Assembly (NCBI GenBank): GCA_000151265.1
Contig: GG663739.1
Coordinates: 412,071 to 444,070 of the forward strand
Length of the DNA stretch: 32,000 nucleotides
Origin: Micromonas pusilla
Lineage: Eukaryota
Direction: 5' to 3'
Shown here: positions 8,201 through 13,475 of the stretch, piece by piece
How the letters are laid out: every line of letters begins with the position of its first letter
Numbering within the stretch: the first letter of the stretch is position 1
Notes under the pieces: generated by a model
The model's input: the letters and a program-made list of their open reading frames with translations, nothing else
Database searches by the model: none
Told to the model about the DNA's origin: nothing
Translations under genes and position numbers: made by a program

Positions 8201-8539
8201 CGACGCGACGACGACGTCGCTCGCGCTGCTGCCGCCGCCGCCGCACAACCACGTCGGAGCTCCTGCGAATTTCCGTCGTCTCGCGCCGAGCCGGGACGCG
8301 CCTCGCGATCCGCCGCCCCCCGGCGCGACGGTCCCGAGCTCGCGGTCGCGCGGCGTCAGCGATTCGTCGCTCCTGCGTCCGAGGATACCAGAGGAGGAGG
8401 AGGAGTCCCCGGACGAGGACGACGCCATCGATGAGCGCGCGACGCGCGAGGACGACGACCGGGCGTCGCGAGGAGCTTTGTCGTCGTCATCATCGCGATT
8501 TATTATTTTTTCTGGTCCGCCTTTTCTCACGAGCCGCAT
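5204..8539 (-). CDS. Large conserved-looking protein of unknown function (1111 aa): low-complexity Ser/Gly/acidic N-terminus, ~700-aa globular region, coiled-coil, then hydrophobic segments near the C-terminus
   Basis: Single uninterrupted ORF with coding-like composition from ~aa 260 on (LLYMIKRYTDDTIKDPGG...). Predicted TM-like stretches are LEIMQVIFAGQLAFDIV and LVSLPAVWFAINMCFWGVLGGGLIYFL. I do not recognise a named family. The start could also be the downstream Met (MASSSSGD, ~8428). Confidence 0.7.
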   Translation of the reverse strand: MRLVRKGGPEKIINRDDDDDKAPRDARSSSSRVARSSMASSSSGDSSSSSGILGRRSDESLTPRDRELGTVAPGGGGSRGASRLGARRRKFAGAPTWLCGGGGSSASDVVVASSSSSPACDDGGGGMLTFTRGGSGGPRAVTESLSPRRDLGGSASSSSPETPLAFNDSGERIRRRVEFTGDDGTGTGRRLSGTHHHDMNHMLKKKKKKGIAEEEEEEEEDDKDDDNDGNGGGSPRGSNSSSSSSESSEVTLEQLRLLYMIKRYTDDTIKDPGGTTPPHAPGTRWVRIQPLLVLIYEGIIDEVFDYDYAPQAQIVMGKRIYVNVSQEGQDDIDDLCEFGFVQNLKLTSESYQSGVALRISEEGLSYLKANLDDASRDAVDALIFKEGDLVDVAYQTASQSFKIYTRSGWYARTSTITDIETVSYVSSPFVPASLRVANLELVDNSARCADLAQFAASNIKDRLEEKILIDDVYLLTCEWVPMGGNQIVALNDKLGSGERVQGGFFTAAIDAEPDSTQFTGKNEGMTAVRLLDYDEASYINFEAEVFFENDDGILQIENFGVHFDENGLVAYGLKIDAIMDRIKVNLSLDLMSRLLVDVMDDSSTVVSNLFAAHQRAMLDLTFLGDSDNRDKFNCIVADAVRPKMPAEKYMDKEDYENELKQVIGDTYSGHDLSDDEVIIIGKMGVFLAGSNSLRHQAFIVCHGSFHARSIFMKRVFNRCFILADILRRTRGLIEHHQNNPENMAIVRKTLSTCTEDVITLGEIQSFLAESMDGVDLPEPIEGDPASFALREVLRLDVQKNELRRRAIDMKKTIVGCANELEALRDMAHVIGMTNKGDINEGIEATTKNLEDAFRAQARNHASLEIMQVIFAGQLAFDIVDRAFGGYLGVASNIAYVADFVNPYLVSLPAVWFAINMCFWGVLGGGLIYFLRQEKYSLSAVDNKKITINGRVDMNELEKYLKTKKIEAVDVVEDEKTTVKKYTWTEAADAARFKGVPPRFDLHVDERYGFLLSAYVTIFKRRCKLRADDVYDLLLDELDAHEVWSEEGRWKGRTGQPSGGGDGDDDDDDEGEGGRSSGGKLAKKSSGGIERSSSYTTDLVATGLRPDFEMRA

Positions 8540-8851
8540 CTTTCCTTTCCGGAACGGTCGACGTCCCGGACCACGCGGACGCGCTCGGGTGTACCACCGA
8601 GAGGAGCCCGCGACGCCCGCGGCTCACCTAGGCGCCTATCGCCGCTCTCGCCCGTGCACCACCACTGCACGGGGGGAGCGCGCGACGCGCCTGTGAGCAT
8701 TTGGCAATTATTTGGCAGGGACCAAAAATAATGTGACATGCACCATGCTCGATTGACGCGACCACCACCGCCTCAAAACTGCTCCGATCGACCTGAAAAT
8801 CTGTGGAGAGGTTCCTTACATCATGTAGATGATGATCCCGTTGTGTAATGC

Positions 8852-8858
8852 AAAAAAA
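8852..8858 (-). terminator. RNA polymerase III T-run terminator (T7) 1 nt after the tRNA discriminator base
   Basis: The plus strand reads aaaaaaa at 8852-8858, immediately 3' of the tRNA on the minus strand. Confidence 0.6.
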
Positions 8859-8859
8859 G

Positions 8860-8980
8860 CTCATCCTGCCGGGATCGAACCGACGACCTTGCGGTTGATG
8901 TATTGAGGAGGCCTCAAATGGTCATCCGTTTGCGCTGTCTAGTTAACAGCCGCACGCTCTGCCAACTGAGCTAAGGATGA
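8860..8980 (-). tRNA. tRNA-Asn(GUU): tRNA-Asn (anticodon GUU) with a 48-nt intron at the canonical 37/38 position (intron 8896..8943)
   Basis: Hand-folded cloverleaf on the minus strand: acceptor TCATCCT/AGGATGA; D arm GCTC-AGTTGGCA-GAGC; anticodon stem TGCGG/CCGCA; loop CTGTTAA; variable AGGTC; T arm GTCGG-TTCGATC-CCGGC; discriminator G. Internal A box (TAGCTCAGTTGG) and B box (GGTTCGATCCC) are present. 121 nt total, 73 nt without the intron. Confidence 0.9.
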
Positions 8981-9196
8981 AACCTGTTCCGATCTTTCGA
9001 TCGGAAGGTCCGATGATTGGTTTCCTGATTAAGCGAAAGAAAAAATTATAAACCACTCTGTGGTCGGTCGGCACGTGGGAAAAACAACGACATGAGATCT
9101 GACGCGACGTCGCGCGGGCACCTCGACCGCGCCGCGCGACGGACATCGCACGCACTAAGCCGTTACGACTTGAAGGTGCGTCTCACCCTCGCCTTT

Positions 9197-9443
9197 CCCC
9201 TCCGCGCCCACCCGCCCGCCCGCGCGCGCGCGAGCGAGCGAAGCGAAGAAGCGCGCGCGCGACGGCGCGCGTTTTCTCTCAGGAAGCGAAACGCTTTTTT
9301 TTTTGTCGTCCCCAATCTGCGCGCGTCTCCCCTCCGCGCCCGCCCGCCCGCCCGCGCGCGCGCGCGCGAGCGAAGTGAAGAAGCGCGCGCGCGACGGCGC
9401 GCGTTTTCTCGGAGAAGGCGAAACGATTTCCTTTTTGTCGTCG
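9197..9443. repeat. Tandem duplication of a ~115-bp block (9197-9310 and 9329-9443, 18-bp spacer) ending 3 nt before the ATG of the next ORF
   Basis: Both units read cccctccgcgccc(a/g)cccgcccgcccgcgcgcgcg...gaagaagcgcgcgcgcgacggcgcgcgttttctc...gaaacg...tttttgtcgtc. Each contains alternating (CG)n runs. Confidence 0.8.
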
Positions 9444-9446
9444 CGG

Positions 9447-10217
9447 ATGATGAGATCCTCCCCGCGTCGTCGTCCGTCCCCGCAGCGCAGATGGAGGCGG
9501 CGGCGATTTTCGGACCGGCGTTCCCGCAGCCGGTGGGTGGTGTTGCCGCCCGGGTTCCACCCGTGGATCGGCGATGCTGATGACGACGATGATGAACAGC
9601 GTATTCACTGCAGAGTCGTTAAATGCACGTGCGGCCTCATCTACGACCAAGATTCGCCTGGCTGCAGGTGCGTCCCGCGGTGCTGTCCGCGTCCGGTCCC
9701 CGTCCTCGAGTACTTCACCGAAGCCGTGAAGACGGCTGTCGGTGAGAAATTCTTCAAGAAACAGAAGTTCAAAGAGAAGATGCGTTGCGGGCCGAATGGC
9801 GGCGCGTTGTGCGATTGCCCGCTCTTCTCCGTGGAAGAGATTCAGAGGTGGAACGACGACTTTTACGCGAGACGCGACGGGGTGAATCAGTTCTGGAAAC
9901 TGATCGTGTACGTGAGGCACGCCGCCGCTCTGTGCGAGCGCCTGTGGCGGGAGGTGCAGGACCGGCGCGGGGCTGGCGCCGCGGTGGACGACGACGACGC
10001 GGGCACGCTCCGTCTCCTCGCGTTGGGGCGCTCGAGAATCCGGGGCGCTGACGCTCGGCTCCATCGCGTAGCTGAGTACCGTGCGGGGGTCCAGGTCGAT
10101 GACGACGACAAGAAGACGAGACCCGCGCTCGAGAAGAATCTCAGGGAAGAGAAAGTGAAGCTGGCAGCCGTCCGCGTTCACTTCGAAGACCCGCCCGGCG
10201 GCGCGGCGGCGGCGTAA
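9447..10217 (+). CDS. Hypothetical Cys-rich protein (256 aa)
   Basis: The frame has G/C-rich third positions and varied, protein-like composition (CRVVKCTCGLIYDQDSPGCRCVPRCCP...EYFTEAVKTAVGEKFFKKQKFKEKMRCGPNGGALCDCPLFSVEEIQRWNDDFYARRDGVNQFWKLIVYV). The antisense ORF 9279..10181 looks less protein-like. The start is taken at the first ATG after the tandem duplication. No recognised family. Confidence 0.5.
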   Translation: MMRSSPRRRPSPQRRWRRRRFSDRRSRSRWVVLPPGFHPWIGDADDDDDEQRIHCRVVKCTCGLIYDQDSPGCRCVPRCCPRPVPVLEYFTEAVKTAVGEKFFKKQKFKEKMRCGPNGGALCDCPLFSVEEIQRWNDDFYARRDGVNQFWKLIVYVRHAAALCERLWREVQDRRGAGAAVDDDDAGTLRLLALGRSRIRGADARLHRVAEYRAGVQVDDDDKKTRPALEKNLREEKVKLAAVRVHFEDPPGGAAAA

Positions 10218-10260
10218 TTTTCTTTTTAACGGAAGTACACAACAACGACGACATCTCTAC

Positions 10261-11481
10261 TCACATCAACCTCAACACGGCTTCGTACACGGCGAACGTG
10301 ATCGCGCTCGCCGGCGCGCTCTTGATCAACCCCGGCGTCAACCCCTTATAAAACCCCCCCACCCCCTCCTTCGCGAGTATCCGCCGCATCGCGCCCGCGA
10401 TGCTCTTGAAAGCCTCCCCGTCCATCGCGACCCGCTCGCCGTACCGCAGCGACCGCGCCAGCCCGGCGACCTGAAACCGCTTCTTCACGACGTCCAACGG
10501 GTGGATGATCAGACGCGCGACGACGCCCGCGCCGAACCCGCACGCGCCGTTCGCGAACCCGCTCAAAGAAGGTTGTTGACCATGGTCGGTCTCCTCCTTC
10601 CCATGCTCCCATCGCATCGCCGTCCGCTTCATCGCGGCGTACGACCCGAACTGTATCGCGCTCGCGGGGATGATCTCGATCAACGTCACGCCCACGCCCG
10701 CGTATAACCCGCGGACGCCGCGGTCGCGGACGATGCCGGCGGCGGCGTCGGCGAGCGACGCGTACACCCGCGGCGACCCCTGCGCGGCTAAGACCGTCCG
10801 CATGACGTCGAACGGGTACGTCGCGACCGTCGCGGTCGCGCCCGCGATCGCGCCGCCGGCGAACGACATCGCCGGCGACGTCGGGTTCTGCCCCGCCGCG
10901 GACGCGACCTTGCGGAACTCGCCGAGCGCGGCGAACTGAATCGCCGTGTACGGCACCCACAGAAATAACGCGGGGACCGTCCCCGCCCACAGCCCGCGGA
11001 GACCCTCCTCGCGCAAGATCGTCCTCGCGCACTGCGCGATCCCGCGGTATTTTCCTCCTCCGCCGGTCGCCGTCGCCGCCGCGTTTGCGTTCAACCCCGA
11101 GAAACCGACGGGCTCGACCTGGACCTGCATCCGGATCTTCACGACGTCCAACGGCGCGACGGCGACGCGCGAGACCATCCCCGCGAACGCGCCCGCCATC
11201 GCCTGCGTGAACGTGCTCGGCGGCGCGCGCCTCGAGTCCCGTCGATCTTCTTCGCGCGAGGACGACGACGCCGCCAGGGCGGCGATCTCGCCGCCGCCGC
11301 CCACCATCGCGGTCGTCCCCGTCGCCGCGTGCGCTGGATGCCGGCGCTGGATGCCCACTCCCACTCCCGCGGCGACGCCCGCGCCGACGGAGAGGACGAC
11401 GAGCCGACGCGAAGTCCGTCGCGGGAGGCTCGGCGGGAGGCTCGCCCACGGGAACGTGAACGCCCCGCCGCCGCCGATCAT
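10261..11481 (-). CDS. Mitochondrial carrier family (SLC25) protein, thiamine-pyrophosphate-carrier-like, with ~100-aa N-terminal extension
   Basis: Three carrier signatures at the expected ~100-aa spacing: PLDVVKIRMQVQ, YPFDVMRTVLAAQG, HPLDVVKKRFQVAG. The pattern resembles TPC1/SLC25A19 (PxDvxKxRxQxQ / YPxDvxRTR / PLDxxKKRxQV). The start may be an internal Met (~11307). Confidence 0.8.
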   Translation of the reverse strand: MIGGGGAFTFPWASLPPSLPRRTSRRLVVLSVGAGVAAGVGVGIQRRHPAHAATGTTAMVGGGGEIAALAASSSSREEDRRDSRRAPPSTFTQAMAGAFAGMVSRVAVAPLDVVKIRMQVQVEPVGFSGLNANAAATATGGGGKYRGIAQCARTILREEGLRGLWAGTVPALFLWVPYTAIQFAALGEFRKVASAAGQNPTSPAMSFAGGAIAGATATVATYPFDVMRTVLAAQGSPRVYASLADAAAGIVRDRGVRGLYAGVGVTLIEIIPASAIQFGSYAAMKRTAMRWEHGKEETDHGQQPSLSGFANGACGFGAGVVARLIIHPLDVVKKRFQVAGLARSLRYGERVAMDGEAFKSIAGAMRRILAKEGVGGFYKGLTPGLIKSAPASAITFAVYEAVLRLM

Positions 11482-11661
11482 GGGGGGACACGCGGCGACG
11501 CGCGCCTCCAGTCTCTCTGCGCGCGCGTCGCGTCGTTATCGTCGTTCGAACCAAAAAGTAAAAGCGCACCCAAAAGATTTTTTGGCGGCGGGGCGGACGA
11601 CGACGCGGATGCTCGTCGACGACCGTCGTCGTCGTCACACCGACCGCGCGCCGACGACGCG
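11482..11661. promoter_or_regulatory. 180-bp divergent intergenic region (carrier leftward, deaminase rightward), presumptive bidirectional promoter
   Basis: Bounded by two divergent start codons. Contains the only A/T-rich patch locally (aaccaaaaagtaaaagcgcacccaaaagatttttt). Confidence 0.3.
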
Positions 11662-12435
11662 ATGGAGGCGCCCGCGCCGGAGCCGCCGGCGGCGCCGCCG
11701 CCTCCTCCCGCCGCCGCGGACGCGGAGAAACCAAAAGATCATCAGTCGTGGGCGCGCCCGCCGGACTTCGACGCGCTGTCGAGATACGGCTGGCGATGGC
11801 GACCGTCGGACACCGTCGACGAGAATTACGTCGACCTCGTCTCGCTCGTGTCTCGGAACAGCACGTGCGCGGACGGGCACATGGGATGCGCGCTCGTGCG
11901 CGGCATCGCGCGCGGCGGCGGCGGCGAGCGACGCGAGACCGCGGTGGGCGACGTCGTGCTGACGACGATCAACTCGCCGCTGTTCGGGGCGCTGCGATCG
12001 GACTGCCACGCGGAGGCGAACGCCGTCGCGGAAGCCGCGGCGCGCGGGATTTCCCTGCGAGGAAACGGCGACGACGCGACGACCGTCACGTCGTGTTACG
12101 TCACGCGCGCGCCGTGCCTGAGCTGCTATAAGCTCCTCGCGAGCGCGGGCGTCGGGCGGATCGTCGCGCCGCGGCTCATGGACTCGGCGGACGCGCGCGC
12201 GTCCGCGAAAAAGCTCGACGTCGAGTGCGTCGCGTGCGAGGACACCGAGGAGAGGAGAGCGCACAGGTTAGGCCTCGGGAAGACGCACGAGAACATGGAC
12301 GAGATACGCGCGAGGAGGGAGGAGAGGAAGCGGCTGAAGAGGGAGGGGAAGCTCGGGAAGAAAGAGCTCGTGCCGATCGAGAAGAAGCGCGAGCGATCGG
12401 GGCGCGGCGGCGACGACGACGAGCGGAGCGAATGA
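11662..12435 (+). CDS. CMP/dCMP-type zinc deaminase (dCMP deaminase-like) with a Lys/Arg/Glu-rich C-terminal tail
   Basis: Zinc-ligand motifs CHAEANAV (HAE) and APCLSCYKLL (PCxxC) are at the expected spacing, preceded by DENYVDLVSLVSRNSTCADGHMGCALV (dCMP-deaminase-like N-terminal helix/strand). ATG at 11662, double stop tgatga at 12433-12438. Confidence 0.8.
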   Translation: MEAPAPEPPAAPPPPPAAADAEKPKDHQSWARPPDFDALSRYGWRWRPSDTVDENYVDLVSLVSRNSTCADGHMGCALVRGIARGGGGERRETAVGDVVLTTINSPLFGALRSDCHAEANAVAEAAARGISLRGNGDDATTVTSCYVTRAPCLSCYKLLASAGVGRIVAPRLMDSADARASAKKLDVECVACEDTEERRAHRLGLGKTHENMDEIRARREERKRLKREGKLGKKELVPIEKKRERSGRGGDDDERSE

Positions 12436-12466
12436 TGAAGCGGAGAGGCGCGCGTCGAGGTATTAG

Positions 12467-12653
12467 GTGCGTTCTATACACTGGTTCCCATACGATCGCG
12501 TCGACGTGGTGAACGCCGATCCTTAAGGACTTTGCCCGGCGCATCTCTCCGCCCACCCCTCGCTTTCAATCCCCGCCCTCGACGCCTTTCAACGCCAACT
12601 GACGCCTATGAACTCCACCCCGACGTTCGCTTGTATAGAACGGCCCTTATTAG
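12467..12653 (+). mobile_element. Introner-like element copy B (187 bp), GT-AG, in the 3' UTR region of the deaminase gene
   Basis: GTGCGTTCTATACACTGGTTCCCATACGATCGCGTCGACGTGGTGAACGCCGATCCTTAAGGAC...AACTGACGCC...TGTATAGAACGGCCCTTATTAG. Flanked by TATTAG direct repeats (12461-12466 and 12648-12653). It is in the same orientation as the deaminase gene and starts 31 nt after its stop codon. Confidence 0.85.
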
Positions 12654-12816
12654 AACGTGAGCTTATTAGAAACGACAGACGCGCCGATCGCGTGGGCGGG
12701 TGGCTATCGTCGTCGTGTCGTGGTTGAAGTACATCATCGCGATGACGATCATCAGCGCTGGCTAGCTAGCGTATCCCCCCTCCCTCCTCCCGTCCGTCCG
12801 TCGAACGACCGATCGG

Positions 12817-13119
12817 TCACGCGCTGAACCGCTTCGGGTGCGTCGCCGCCCCCTTCGGGAGCCGGGACGTCGCCGCCGCTCTCGTCTTCCCCCCTCTTCG
12901 CTCGTCCGGCGCGGTCGCGTCGAACGCGCGCTGCGTCGGAACCTGCTGCTCTCTCGGGATTTCTCTCCACTCGCCGCGGGAGTTGATCGTGAACTGCCCG
13001 CACATGGAGAGTCTCTCGCCCGCGTGCATCTTCGGTCCGGGCGCGCGCTTCGGCGCGGACGCGAGCGACGACGCGTTCGCTCCGCTGATCGAGAGTCCGC
13101 CGAAGGGATCGCACGGCAT
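12817..13119 (-). CDS. Hypothetical small protein (~100 aa; the ORF could extend to ATG 13326)
   Basis: MPCDPFGGLSISGANASSLASAPKRAPGPKMHAGERLSMCGQFTINSRGEWREIPREQQVPTQRAFD... has varied composition and G/C-rich third positions, whereas the overlapping plus-strand ORFs are Arg-rich shadows. No recognised family. Confidence 0.35.
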   Translation of the reverse strand: MPCDPFGGLSISGANASSLASAPKRAPGPKMHAGERLSMCGQFTINSRGEWREIPREQQVPTQRAFDATAPDERRGGKTRAAATSRLPKGAATHPKRFSA

Positions 13120-13475
13120 GGTGCGAGGACGGCGGCGGCTTCGCGCTCGCGCTCGCGACGACGACGACGCGAGAGCGCGTCGCGGAGTGAAGCGACGGCG
13201 CGCGCGTCGACGGTTCGTTTCCGTCGTCCCCCCGTTCCGGAACCTGTTTTCAGCCGCCCGGACCAGACGGATCGTCGTTGATCGGGCGACTCCTCGGTCG
13301 TTCCGGTGAACGTCGTCGTCGTTCATCGCGCGATCGACGAAAAACCACGCTCGACGCGATCGAGGCGAATGATCGCGCTTTTCGCGATCTTATCGTATCC
13401 GTAAAGCGCGCCGACCCCGGGGCTGCTGTGCGTCGTCACTCGACGCGCACTCGAGAGCGCACCGCGGCCGCCGCG

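Noticed and set aside
8820-8860. Possible C/D-box snoRNA (AUGAUGA-like box in tgtagatgatgatccc next to the tRNA)
   Set aside because: No appropriately placed D box (CUGA) with a terminal stem is present outside the tRNA body. The box-like string alone is expected by chance.
9092-9580. 162-aa plus ORF across the tandem duplication
   Set aside because: The translation simply repeats the duplicated GC-rich block (PPARARA...EEARARRRAFS twice). It is out of frame with the downstream Cys-rich ORF and has no coding-like composition.
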